Shown piece by piece: positions 10,466-22,699 of a stretch of DNA of 64,000 nucleotides. Positions within the stretch are counted from its first letter, which is position 1; each line of letters starts with the position of its first letter. The stretch spans positions 8,662,494 to 8,726,493 of the forward strand of contig NC_057718.1 of NCBI RefSeq assembly GCF_004010195.1, written 5' to 3'. Both the position numbers and the translations under genes were made by a program. The notes below the pieces were generated by a model, which had not been told where the DNA came from, ran no database searches, and saw nothing but the letters and a program-made list of their open reading frames with translations. This DNA is from Chiloscyllium plagiosum. Lineage: Eukaryota.

Positions 10466-11866
10466 GATCAGAATGGTGCTGATAAGGCATAGCAGGCCAG
10501 GCAGCATCCGAGGAGTAGGAAAATCGACGTTTTGGGCAAAGGCCCTTCATCAGGAATAGAGGCAGGAAGCCTCCAGGGTGGAAAAATAAATGGGGGAGGT
10601 GGGGCTGGGGAGAAGGTAACAAAGAGTACAATAGGTGAAAGGGGGTGGAGACAGAGGCGATAGGTCAGAGAGGAGGATGAGGGAAGGTAGCATAGAGTAC
10701 AATAGGTAAATGTGGGTGGGGATGGGGTAAGGTGGAGGAGGGGAAATGACGAAACTGGTGAAGTCCACATTGATGCCCTGGGGTTGAAGTGTTCCGAAGC
10801 GGAAGGTGTTTTTCCTCCAGGCGTCGGGTGGTAAGGGACCGGTGGTGGACGCGGCCCAGGACCTGCATGACCTCGGCACAATGGGGGTCGGAGTTGAAAT
10901 GTTAGGCCATGGGGTAGTGGTGTTGATTGGTGCGGGTGTCCCGGAGATGTTCACTGAAGTGCTCTGTGAGAGACATCCAGTCTCCCCAACGTAGAGGAGA
11001 CCGCATCGGGAGCAACGGATACAATAAATGACATTGGTGGAGGTGCAGGTAAAACTTTGATTCATGTGGAAGGCTCCTCTGGGGCCTTGGATGGAGGTGA
11101 GGGAGGAGGTGTGGGCGCAGGTTTTGCAATTCCTGAGGTGGCAGGGGAAGGTGCCAGGATGGGAGGGTGGGTTGTAGGGGGGCGTGGACCTGACCAGGTA
11201 GTCACGGAGGGAACAGTCTTNNNNNNNNNNNNNNNNNNTATATGCGAAGGCTGGTAGGGTGGAAGATGAGCACCAGGGGCGTTCTGTCCTTGTTACGGTT
11301 GGAGGGGTGGGGTCTGAGGGCGGAGGTGCGGGATGTGGACGAGGTGCGTTGGAGGGCATCTTTAACCACCTGAGAAGGGAAATTGCGGTCTCTAAAGAAG
11401 GAGGCCATCTGGTGTGTTCTGTGGCGGGACTGGTCCTCCTGAGAGCAGATACAGTGGAGGCAGAGGAATTGGGAATGCAGGATGGCATTTTTGCAGGAGG
11501 TAGGATGGGTAGAGGTGTAGTCCAGTTAGCTGTGGGAGTCAGTGGGTTTGTAAAATATGTCAGTGTCAAGTCAGTCGTCATTAATGGAGATGGAGAGGTC
11601 CAGGAAAGGGAGAGAGGTGTCAGAGATGGTCCAGGTGAATTTAAGGTCAGGGTGAAATGCGTTGGTGAAGTTGATGAACTGCTCAACCTCCTCGTGGGAG
11701 CATGAGGTGGCGCCAATGCAGTCATCAGGAGGAAGAGGTGGGGAGTAGTGCCAGTGTAACTACAGAAGATGGACTGTTCTACGTAGCCGACAAAGAGACA
11801 GGCATAGGTGGGGCCCATGCGAGTGTCCATGGCTACCCCTTTGATCTGGAGGAAGTGGGAGGATTG
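10466..11866 (-). mobile_element. Penelope-like element family A (Neptune-like): RT C-half, Cys cluster, GIY-YIG endonuclease, HHR-bearing terminus; frameshifted
   Basis: HFLQIKGVAMDTRMGPTYACLFVG, CHLRNCKTC, CTSTNVIYCIRCSRCGLLYVGET; terminus 10470-10560 matches the fold-back arms. Confidence 0.9.
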
Positions 11867-12554
11867 CAATGGAGTGTGATGCCAACAATGCAGGTTCAAA
11901 TCCTGCACTGGCTTACCATGAAGGACTCTCCTTCTCAATCTCTCCCCTCACCTGAGGTGGGGTGACCCTCAGGTTAACCACCATCTGTCATCTCTCTCTC
12001 GTGACGGAATGGGACTAGGGTGACTTTACCTTTTTAGCAGGATGGTGGCAAAGTCCCACACATGTGGATAAGAATGTCCTACCCTGGAGGGTCATTGGCT
12101 CATTGGAGGCCCATGGTGCTGGGCCTAGGCCTGGGTCACCACTTGGGAGTCTCTCCACCTAGCAGGCTGGTGGGGTGGAAGGAGAATGGGGCAAAGGGTT
12201 TGAGCAACTGGAGCTTGAGAGATCCTGAGGGAGAGGGAAACCTGCGGGGTAGGGGGAAATGAGCGTGAAAGCTTGTTGTGATGGGGTTGGGAGGGGGAAA
12301 TCTCTGATGGGCCCAGGGAGATGCCCCCACTGCTTGGTATCTCCATGTACTGGGAAAGATGACTGTCTAGGAAGTTGGTGCCACTCATTAAATCTGGATG
12401 GCAGTGCATAGAGGGCCCCATGGGAATAGGTTGGGTATGGGGGGGCACTGGGTGGGTGCGGGTTGGGGGCGCTGCACACCACAAGTGGGCCACCATTGAC
12501 ATAATTACAATGTGACTCAGGCACAGCAACTAGTTCACTGGCTCCCTGATGTGC

Positions 12555-12772
12555 ATGGTCAGTTCAGCTGGCCTAGTGGCTAGTTTGAGGAGTGGACTGA
12601 TGACAACACTTGTGGGCCCTGTTCCCTCTGCAGGCTGGAGCTATCATGATGGTCTTGCCCGTTGATTGAGGCACGGTCACCCTCAGGTTAAACCTAATCA
12701 CCAGTTCTCTCTCTTTCTCGCGAATGAGAAAGCAGCTTATAGTCCTCTGAAAATGTGGTGACTTTTGCTTTA
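12555..12772 (+). mobile_element. Second SINE-like family (also ~10430-12030 split by the PLE, ~36220-36570, ~40800-40995 minus)
   Basis: Shared CTCAGTTGGCTG head and ACCCTCAGGTTAA(A)CC..CACCA..TCTCTC core in several copies. Confidence 0.55.
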
Positions 12773-13964
12773 TAGGGATGGAGAATGGGCTCGCTGTCAG
12801 CTAAAGAATGTAGCATCTTCTCATTGAATGCAAATCATGCTTAACATAGAAAATAGGAGCAGCAGTAGGCCATTCGGTCCTTCGAGCCTGCTCTGCCATT
12901 CAATGTGATCGTGGTTGATCATCCAACTCAGAATCCAGTTCCCACTCCCACCCCCCACCCCATACCCTTTGATTCCTTTCGTCCTAAGAATTATATCTAA
13001 CCTCTTCTTGACAACATTGAGTTTTTTGTGTGAGATTTCAGAATTTTTTTTCATTCGAATCCATCTGTATACCATGAGGGGTTAACACAGTCCACAAGCT
13101 GTTGTAACTGGGCAAACCCAAGGGAAGCACATTCAAAGAGTCCTTGACATATTTAAGAGCGAGGTTTCTGAATGACCACCTCTAGCTTTTGAGCTTGTTG
13201 TTTGTACTTTGTGTCATGCTGTGGGTTCCGCCCTGGAGTTGAGAATGAGCTTGAAATCAGATTTGGCGACCAATATTCACCTTTCCCAGCCCTGATATCC
13301 GATGGAGACCAGACACCGATCTGGTGAAATGGTCTGAGATTTGTACGGTCAATGGGATTCAGTGGATCATTCTTTCCAAAAGGGACAATGTGAAACCTTC
13401 TGCCCTGTAGAATCACTGGTGTCCAGTGACTCTGTGGGTAGTGTTCCTGTCTCTGAGCCAGAAGCTCTGAGCTCCAGTCCACTTCCAGGACGTGATTGTC
13501 CAGGAAGTTGCACTCATGGGGTGGCCAAAGAGGTTGAGGATCAACTAGTGAATCTGTGCGTTCTGCTAAGGGCCGGTGGTAGGGGTTGGGAGAGATTCCT
13601 GGCCAGCACATGGATGGGAAGAAATTGGAGGCTCAATCCATATCTCCAGGCAGCATTGTGCAGGGAAGGTGCCTGGTGACACAGTAACTCAGACTTGCCT
13701 GTGTGCCCTTCTACACACCACCTGAAAAACTATCATTTTCCAGGCAGCAGCCTGATGGAAAACTGTATTCGATGTGAGGGAAATAAGTTGTGTGTAAAAT
13801 TTGAATGGCACCCATTCCTGGTTCAGCAATTTAAGTTAAAATATCCCTCTGTAATTTGACAATTCATGTGAAGGTGTCCTTTCTCAATTAGAGTAATTTT
13901 CTTGTCATACATTATTTCATTTCAATCTGTATTCCCTTTCGTTTGGTGACATACACGCAGATCC

Positions 13965-14545
13965 CAGAATCTCAGATGGCGACGAAACAGATTATAGAAG
14001 AGAGGTGGAAGACCTGGAAAAATGGTTCACTGAGAACAACCTAGCTCTCAATGCTGGCAAGACCAAGGAGCTCATTCTTGACTTTTGGCAGGATGCTACT
14101 CATGCCCCCCTACACATTAACAGCACAGAGGTGGAACGAGTGAAGAGTGTCAACTCCTGGGAGTGGTCACCCACAACAAGCTTTCTTGGACCCTTCATGT
14201 GGATGCACTGGTTACAAAGGCCCAACAACATCTCTTCTTCCTCAGGCAGCTGAGGAAATTTGGTATGACGGTGAATATCCTTGCCAACTTTTATAGGTGC
14301 ACCATCGAGAGCATTCTGTCTGGATGTATCACTGCCTGGTATGGCAATTGCACCATTCAAGATCGTAGACGGTTACAGAGAGTGGTGAACTCGGCCCGGA
14401 CACTCACAAAGACCAACCTCCCATTTATAGAATCCATCTACCAGGCCCCGCTGTCAAGGAAAGGCCGCCAGTATTCTTAAAGATCCATCCCACCTTGGCA
14501 ATGTTTTTCTACAACCTCTACCATCGGGGAGAAGGTACAGAAGCC
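13965..14545 (+). mobile_element. Rex1/Babar-type non-LTR retrotransposon 3' fragment
   Basis: ENNLALNAGKTKELILDF, KAQQHLFFLRQLRKFG, FYRCTIESILSGCITAWYGNC. Confidence 0.85.
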
Positions 14546-14688
14546 CACCCTCCATTCATTCAGGTGCACAGCCTAACTAAGCAGCCTGACTTATGCCATG
14601 ATTTGGAGTTGCCGGTGTTGGACTGGGGTGTACAAAGTTAAAAATCACACAACACCAGGTTATAGTCCAACAGGTTTAATTGGAAGCA

Positions 14689-14723
14689 CACTAGCTTTCG
14701 GAGCGACGCTCCTTCATCAGGTG
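14689..14723 (-). ncRNA. Minimal hammerhead ribozyme (family B) in a PLE terminus at 14617-14728
   Basis: CAC-CTGATGA-A-GGAGC(GTC)GCTCC-GAA-AGCT-A-GTG: intact core, stem I CAC/GTG, palindromic AGCT. Confidence 0.8.
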
Positions 14724-14797
14724 GTAGTCATTGACTTACGCCAATTCTTCTTGTGCCTGAGGTCAGATCGTGTTTGTTTGTTTAATTGTGTCTGTAG

Positions 14798-14900
14798 ATG
14801 CTACCAGTGGTACAATGAGTCAGTGCTTTGTTACACTGAGTTACTAATGAAGAAAGATGATTCTTTTCTCAGTATTCCCCCACTTCCGCCATACCAATAG
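14798..14900 (+). CDS. Predicted last coding exon of the + strand gene (I-CYQWYNESVLCYTELLMKKDDSFLSIPPLPPYQ*)
   Basis: T-rich acceptor tttaattgtgtctgtag|, phase 2 matches 9598-9696, TAG at 14898-14900. Confidence 0.6.
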
Positions 14901-14984
14901 GGCTGTTCTGAGATCCACGATGCTGAGAGGCTATTGCTGCTACTTTAGTGTTATCTCAGCAGTCTTTATTCTCTCATTATCTCT

Positions 14985-15172
14985 CTCACACACAAACGCA
15001 CAAATGCATATACAGGCAGATATAGATACACACACCGGCGAAGATACAGACACACTCACATATTCACGCGGATATAGAGACACACACACACAGATACACA
15101 CACAGACACATACTTGTGGAGATATAGACACACACAGTCACATATACACGCAGATACAGACACACACACAGT
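14985..15172. repeat. Imperfect (CA)n microsatellite
   Basis: CA/GA-rich run. Confidence 0.9.
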
Positions 15173-15255
15173 AACATAGTCCAGTGTGGCTGCCTGTTAA
15201 TCAGGGAAATATTATCTGGTAAAATCTAATTATTTTCTCATCGGCCAATGATGAT

Positions 15256-15326
15256 TCACTCCTCATTCTCTCGGGTAGGTGTAGACAATGTCTCGGACTG
15301 ATAGCCAGATGGGATCAGACCCAGGC
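15256..15326 (-). CDS. Predicted terminal coding exon of the - strand gene; two frames: T-PGSDPIWLSVRDIVYTYPRE* (stop 15263-15265) or G-LGLIPSGYQSETLSTPTRENEE* (stop 15256-15258)
   Basis: atgcttccag| acceptor; both frames are phase-compatible with upstream exons. Confidence 0.5.
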
Positions 15327-15404
15327 CTGGAAGCATATTAATATTCAGTACGTGGATAGCTATATTAATAAATCAGTGAAACACCACAGTGAATTTCCAC
15401 TCAC

Positions 15405-15411
15405 GTAATCA
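15405..15411 (-). CDS. Predicted 7-nt microexon TGATTAC
   Basis: ~35-nt polypyrimidine tract ending ccctaaag|, consensus donor |gtgagt. Confidence 0.45.
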
Positions 15412-16239
15412 CTTTAGGGAGAAAGAAAAGAAGAGACAGAGAAAGAGATAGCTGGAAGGTGGCGATGGGAATGGCTGTGTGAAAAGGAGGAAGGCAGAGA
15501 GGGACTTTAGGCTCGATATTTTGACTGTGCCATGTTAGAGTGGAGGAAGGTGGTGCTGAAACTAGCACTGTTGGTCTGTGGAACCACTTCCTCAGCTCCA
15601 TCCACTCCTGTAATATTTTCTCAGAAATAATTTGGGAAATTCTGAGGTTATATCTTAAATAAGCATGTGGCCAATTAAACCAATTAAGGATACACCAAAA
15701 TAGAAGGAGCAGGATTTGGGCCTGTCCCAATATTTACTAAGACGATACGTGATCTGATTGCGGCCTCAAACATTACCATCCATAGATCCAGATTACTCCA
15801 GACTGGAGCACTGAGTGTTGCCACAGCAGCTAGAACGCTCTTTGTTTTGAAAGAGGCAATGAATGTTTCAGTACGTGGTGCTTTAACTTCACTTCTTCCC
15901 CCTTCAAAGTCTGTCCACCATCTACAGGACTGTGATGGAATATTCCCCAGTTACCTGGATGGGGGCAGCTCCAACAACACTCAAGAAGCTCAACACCATC
16001 CAGGACAAAGCAGCCCATTTGATTGGAACCACATCCACAAACATCCACTCCCTCCACCAACGACACTCAGTAACAGCAAAGTGTACCATCCTTTAAAGGG
16101 ATATGGGCCAAATGCTGGCAAATGGGACTAGATCAGTTTAGGATATCTGGTTGGTGTGGGCAAGTCAGATTGAAGAATCTGTTTCCATGCCTTACAGCTC
16201 TGTGACACTACAAGACGCACTGCAGAAATTCACCAAACA

Positions 16240-16545
16240 GGCACGGTGGCTCAGTGTTAGCACTGCTGCCTGACAGCACCAGGGACCCGAGTTCGATTCC
16301 AGTCTTGGGCGACTACTTGTGTGGAGTTTGCACATTCTCCAAGTGTCTGTGTGGGTTTCCTCCGGGTGCTCCGGTTTCCTCCCACAGTCTAAAGATGTGC
16401 AGGCTAAGTGAATTGGCCATGCTAAATTGCCCATAGAGTTAGGTGCATTAGCTAGGGGGAATGGGTCTGGGTGGGTTACTCTTCGGAGGGTCAGTGTGGA
16501 CTTGTTGGGCCGAAGGGCCTGTTTCCACACTGTAGGGAATGAAAT
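16240..16545 (+). mobile_element. HE1-type SINE
   Basis: Full head, V-domain, tail. Confidence 0.9.
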
Positions 16546-16958
16546 GAAATCCTTAGAAAGCAACTTCTAAACCCATGACCACTTCCACTTAGAAAGACAA
16601 GGGCTGCAGATACATGGGAATATCACCTGCAAGTTCCCCTCCAAATCACTCACCATCCTGACTTAGAAATATATCACTGCCCTTCATTGTCGCTGGGTCA
16701 AAATCCTGGAACTCCCACTCTTCAAGCATTTTGAGGATCCCATACCTCAAACAAGAAGGCAGCTCACTACCGCCCTCTCCAGGACATTAACAACAAATGC
16801 TGGGTCAGCCAGCAGGGTATAGTAAGGCACAGCTTCACAATCCTCACTCCTACATGTCTCTCTTTCTCTCTCACTTTCTATATCTTTGTTTCTCTTGCTC
16901 TTGTTTTCCATATCTCTGTCTCTTCTTAGAAAAAAATAACATTGTATCCCTCTCATAC

Positions 16959-17036
16959 CTTTCGCTATGGTTGGAGGTTTCTCCTGTGGTCTTTCAAACC
17001 CCATTGTCAGTCTGAACTCGGGGCATGAATGCCTCT
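16959..17036 (-). CDS. Predicted 78-nt exon (E-RHSCPEFRLTMGFERPQEKPPTIAK)
   Basis: tatttcccatacag| acceptor, AAG|gtatga donor, phase 1-1, open frame. Confidence 0.6.
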
Positions 17037-17502
17037 CTGTATGGGAAATAGTCACTCACTGGAATATTCTTCAGAGTGAACAATCCACAGCTTCAGTGAA
17101 GGCTCATTATCCAATCAAATAACACAAAGACTGAAGTATTGCAGTATAGAAGGAGGCCATTTGACTCATCATGCATACACTGACTCGCCATCGCCTTGTG
17201 CCAGTTTGCCAGCTTTTATCCCCATATCCTTGCAATTTATGTCTATCCAAAGCCATCTTCAATGCCACCAGAAGACCCCAGGAAAATCCCAAATCAAAGA
17301 GAGAGAGAGAGAGAGAGAGATAAAAGAATAATGAAGGTAGATTGTGAAAGACATTCACTGGTTGAGGGTGTCCTTGACTAAGCCAGCATTTAATACCCCT
17401 CCCTAATTGCCCAGAGGGCAGTTAAGTGTCAGTCACATTGCTGTGGGTCTGGAGTCACATGTAGGCTAAAACCAGGTAAGGATGGCAGTTTCACTCCTTC
17501 TA

Positions 17503-18040
17503 ATATTGGAATAATGCATGCAATTCTTGTCTCCTTCCTATCGGAAAGATGTTGTGAAACTTGAAAGGGTTCAGAAAAGATCTACAAGGATGCTGTCAGG
17601 ATTGCATGATTTGAGCTATAGGGAGAGGTTGAATAGGCTAGGGCTGTTTTACCTGGAGCGTTGCAGGCTGAGGGGTGACCTTATAGAGGTTTATAAAATC
17701 ATGAGGGGCACGGATAGGATAAATAGACAAAGTCTTTTCCCTGGGGTGGGTGAGTCCAGAAATAGAGGGCAAAGGTTTAGGGTGAGAGGGGAAAGATATA
17801 AAAGAGACCTAAGTGGCAACTTTTTCACACAGTGAGTGGTATGTGTATGGAATGAGCTGCCAGAGGAAGTGGTGGAGGCTAGTACAATTGCAACATTTAA
17901 GAGGCATCTGGATGGGTATATGAATAGGAAGGATTTGGAGGGATAAGGGCAGGTGGAACTAGATTGGGTTGGGTTATCTGGTCGGCATGGATGGGTTGGA
18001 CCGAAGGGTCTGTTTCTGTGTTGTACATCTCTATGACTGT
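17503..18040 (+). mobile_element. CR1 LINE 3' end
   Basis: SPSYRKDVVKLERVQKR...RLRGDLIEVYKIMRG. Confidence 0.9.
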
Positions 18041-18562
18041 ATAACTCCATCTTGAAAACATTCAATGTTTTGACCTCAACTGCTTTCTATGACAGAGAAT
18101 CTCACAGGCTCACCAGTCTCTGGTTGAAGATATTTTTTTCCTCAGCTCAGTCCTAACTGGCCCACCCTGTGCCCTTTGACTGTGACCCCTGGTTCTGCAC
18201 TCCCTGATCATTGGGAACATCCTTCCTGCCAACAACCATAGCAGGGGATAGAGCTTCAGGTATGACCTGGAATCTCCAATAAAACGGCCAATGTCCAAGG
18301 CTGTGAGCAAACCAGGAGAAAAGTCTGACGCATCATTAAAAAATAAAGTTCTATGTGTTTTTTGAACAGCTATTTGTATTAATGTTAAAAAAGATGAGGA
18401 TAGGAAATCAAGTCTATTTGGGTGGTGGTCAATAATCATGTGATTGGGCAATGCCAAGTCTTTCTGGTTTGTTATTTGCTGTGGGAAGGTGGGGTACATT
18501 GGTTACACATTGTGAGTGAGCAATGGGAAAGATATGTGGGAAGAACAATTGGCAGGAAATTA

Positions 18563-19115
18563 GATTCATACAGATGTACAACATGGAAACAGACCCTTTG
18601 GTCCAACTCATCCATGCCGATCAGATATCCTAAAATTATCTAGTCCCATTTGTCAGCATATGGCCCATATCCCTCCAAACCCTTCCTATTCATGTGCCCA
18701 TCCAGATGCTTTTTAAATGCTGTAATTGTACCAGCCTCCACCACTTCCTCTGGCAACTCATTCCATACACGCACCACCCGTTACGTGAAACAGTTGCCCC
18801 TTAGGTTCCTTTTAAATCTTACCCCTTTCACCTTGAGTCTTGTTTTGGACACCCCTACCCTGGGGAAGAAACCTTGTCCTTACCCTATCCACGCCCCTCA
18901 TGATTTTATCAACCCCCAGAAGGTCCAGGGAAAATAGCTCCAGCCTATTCAGCCTCTCGCAATATCCCAAACCCTGCAACTTTGGCAACATCCTTGTAAA
19001 TCTTTTCTGAACCCTTTCAAGTTTAACATCTTTCTGATTGCAGGGGAACCAGAATTGAATGCAGTATTCCAAAAGTGGCCCAACCAATGTCCTGTACAGC
19101 CACAACATGACCTCC
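18563..19115 (-). mobile_element. CR1 LINE 3' end
   Basis: LYRTLVGPLLEYCIQFW...KLERVQKRFTRML. Confidence 0.9.
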
Positions 19116-20072
19116 CAAAAAGCTCCAGATTAGATTACATTACTTACAGTAAGGAAACAGGCCCTTCGGCCCAACAAGTCCACACTGACCCTCTGAAGAG
19201 CAACCTATCCAGGCCCATTCCCCTACATTTACCCCTTCACCTAACACTACGGGCAATTTAGCATGGCCAATTCACCTAATCTGCATATTTTTGGGCTGTG
19301 GGAGGAAACCCATGCAGACNNNNNNNNNNNNNNNNNNNNNNNNNNNNNNNNNNNNNNNNNNNNNNNNNNNNNNNNNNNNNNNNNNNNNNNNNNNNNNNNN
19401 NNNNNNNNNNNNNNNNNNNNNNNNNNNNNNNNNNNNNNNNNNNNNNNNNNNNNNNNNNNNNNNNNNNNNNNNNNNNNNNNNNNNNNNNNNNNNNNNNNNN
19501 NNNNNNNNNNNNNNNNNNNNNNNNNNNNNNNNNNNNNNNNNNNNNNNNNNNNNNNNNNNNNNNNNNNNNNNNNNNNNNNNNNNNNNNNNNNNNNNNNNNN
19601 NNNNNNNNNNNNNNNNNNNNNNNNNNNNNNNNNNNNNNNNNNNNNNNNNNNNNNNNNNNNNNNNNNNNNNNNNNNNNNNNNNNNNNNNNNNNNNNNNNNN
19701 NNNNNNNNNNNNNNNNNNNNNNNNNNNNNNNNNNNNNNNNNNNNNNNNNNNNNNNNNNNNNNNNNNNNNNNNNNNNNNNNNNNNNNNNNNNNNNNNNNNN
19801 NNNNNNNNNNNNNNNNNNNATCCTATAGGATCAGAAATGGGCCATTCAGCCCATCGAGCCAGTGCCACCACTCAATGAAATCATGGCTGATCCGGTAATT
19901 GTCATCTCCACTTTTCTGACTTTTCCCCATAACCCTCGATTTCCTTCCTGAATTTTAAAAAAATGCTGTCTACCGCAGCCTTGAATATACTTCCTGATAC
20001 AACACAGAAGCACAAATTGGCCAAGTAATTGCCATCTTTCCACCATACAGGAGTGAGAACAATAATATTTAC

Positions 20073-20114
20073 CGCAATTCACTGACCTCAACTCATGCTT
20101 CAAAGAATTATGAC
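20073..20114 (-). CDS. Predicted 42-nt exon (G-HNSLKHELRSVNC)
   Basis: ttttttttgcatttggcag| acceptor, CG|gtaaat donor, phase 1-1. Confidence 0.6.
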
Positions 20115-20614
20115 CTGCCAAATGCAAAAAAAACTCTGAACTTTGGAAAATATTACAAAAAAGGCTGATACATTATTTACTTTCGCGCTCTGATATATCA
20201 TTTGACACTGCATCAGGCACGACCAGGGTAGCCTTAAATTTGAATGATGTGTTGTCATTTGTATTTTGCAGTGAATAATACAGTGAAAAGCTTCAACGGT
20301 CATTGCAATCTTGCAGCAGTTTGAATAGTTTAAGAATAAAAAGATAAAGCTAAAAGGAAGTCCATCTTCCTACCACTGCCTCCACCTGAGTTCTGAACCC
20401 TGAGCCAGCTCATCAATGACACCTGCACTTACACCAGCCCTCCTCCACCACCTCGCTACCATCTGCTCCAAAACCACCAGTGCTGGAGTCACCACCATCG
20501 CTTCACTGCTGGGTCCACCTCACTCATACTGACGTGGACCTAAACTTTACAGAACCTAAACTTGCAGTGCAAATAGGAGTCTATGGTTCTGCTGCTGCCT
20601 CTGCCTCACCAATA

Positions 20615-22682
20615 ACCAGGAGTCTCTGCTCCAGCCTACCGTGACCACAACCAGGAGTCTCTGCTCTGGGCCTAACGTGACCACAATCAGGAGTCACTGC
20701 TCTGGGCCTACCGTGACCACAACCAGGAGTGCCTGTCCCAGGCCTAATGTGACCACAACCACGAGTCATTGCTCTGGGCCTAACGTGACCCAAACCAGGA
20801 GTCCCTGTCCCAGGCCTAACGTAACCACAATCAGGAGTCTCTACTCTGGGCCTAACGTGATACAAACCAGGAGTCCTTGCTCTGGGCCAACCGTGACCAC
20901 AACCAGGAGTCCCTGATCTGGGCCTAACGTGACCACAACCAGGAGTCACTGCTCTGGGCCTACCATGACCACAACCAGGAGTCCCTGTCCCAGGCCTAAC
21001 GTAACCCAAACCAGGAGTCCTTGCTCTGGGCCAACTGTGACCACAACCAGGAGTCCCTGCTCTGGGCCTAACGTGATCACAACCAGGAGTCACTGCTCTG
21101 GGCCTACCATGACCACAACCAGGAGGCCCTGTCCCAGGCCTAATGTAACCCAAACCAGGAGTCCCTGCTCCCGGCCTAACGTGACCACAACCAGGAATCA
21201 CTGCTCTGGGCCTACCATGACCACAACCAGGAGTCACTGCTCTGGGACTAACATGACCACAACCAGGAGTCACTGCTCTCGGCCTAACGTGACCCGAACC
21301 AGAAGTCACTGCTCTGGGCCTAACGTGACCACAACCAGGAGTCACTGCTCTCGGTCTACCGTGACCTAAACCAGGAGTCTCTGGTCTGAGCATAACGTGA
21401 TCCAAACCAGTAGTCTCTGGTCTGGGCCTAACGTGACCCAAACCAGGAGTCTCTGGTCAGGGCCTAATGTGACCACAATCAGGAGTCCCTGCTCTGGGCC
21501 TAACGTGACCACAACCAGGAGTCCCTGCTCTGGGCCTAACGTGACCAAAACCAGGAGTCCCTGTCTGGGCCTAACGTGACCACAACCAGGAGTCACTGTT
21601 CTGGGCCTAACGTGACCACAACCAGGAGTCACTGCTCTGAGCCTAACATGATCCAAACCAGGAGTCCCTGCACTGGGCCTACCATGACCCAAACCAGGAG
21701 TCACTGCTCTGGGCCTACCGTGACCACAACCAGGAGTGCCTGTCCCAAGCCTAACGTGACCACAACCAGGAGTGCCTGTCCCAAGCCTAACGTGACCACA
21801 ACCAGGAGTCATTGCTCTGGGCCTAACGTGACCCAAACCAGGAGTCCCTGTCCCAGGCCTAACATAACCACAATCAGGAGTCTCTGCTCTGGGCCTAACG
21901 TGATACAAACCAGGAGTCACTGCTCTAGGCCTAACGTGACCACAACCAGGAGTCACTGCCCTGGGCCTAATGTAACCCAAACCAGGAGTCTCTGCTCTCG
22001 GCCTAACGTGACGACAACCAGGAGTCACTGCTCTGGGCCTACCATGACCACAACCAGGAGTCTCTGCTCTGGGCCTAACGTGACCCGAACCAGGAGTCAC
22101 TGCTCTGGGCTTAACTTGACCACAATCAGGAGTCACTGCTCTGGGCCTAACATGACCACAACCAGGAGTCACTGCTCTGGGCCTAACGTGACCACAACCA
22201 GGAGTCACTGCTCTCGGCCTACCGTGACCTAAACCAGGAGTCTCTGGTCTGGGCCTAACGTGATCCAAACCAGTAGTCTCTGGTCTGGGCCTAACGTGAC
22301 CCAAACCAGGAGTCTCGGGTCTGGGCCTAACGTGACCACAACCAGGAGTCACTGCTCTTAGCCTACCGTGACCACAACCAGGAGTCACTGCTCTGGACCT
22401 AACATGATCCAAACCAAGAGTCACTGCTCTGGGCCTACCATGACCACAACGAGGAGTCCCTGCTCTGGGCCTAACGTGACCACAACCAGGAGTCACTGCT
22501 CTGGGCCTAACATGACCCAAACCAGATGTCCCTGCTCTAGGCCTAACGTGACCCAAACCAGGAGTCCCTGCTCTGGGCCTACATGACCACAACCAGGAGT
22601 CCCTGCTCTGGGCCTACCGTAACCACAACCAGGAGTCACTGCTCTGGGCCTGCCGTGACCACAACCCGGAGTCTCTGGTCTG
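20615..22682. repeat. 36-bp minisatellite, about 57 units
   Basis: Consensus ACCAGGAGTCACTGCTCTGGGCCTAACGTGACCACA with recurrent variant units. Confidence 0.97.
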
Positions 22683-22699
22683 GATCTGTTGCAACCTGG

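Noticed and set aside
13150..13700. ORFs of 152 aa and 112 aa
   Set aside because: No recognisable domain or convincing splice signals; possibly a decayed retroelement, not assignable.
19263..19898. Long ORFs spanning N runs (also 6683-7461)
   Set aside because: Artefacts of assembly gaps.
20615..22682. Regularly spaced 36-bp repeats resembling a CRISPR array
   Set aside because: Units are contiguous with no unique spacers, no cas genes are present, and the context is eukaryotic; it is a minisatellite.
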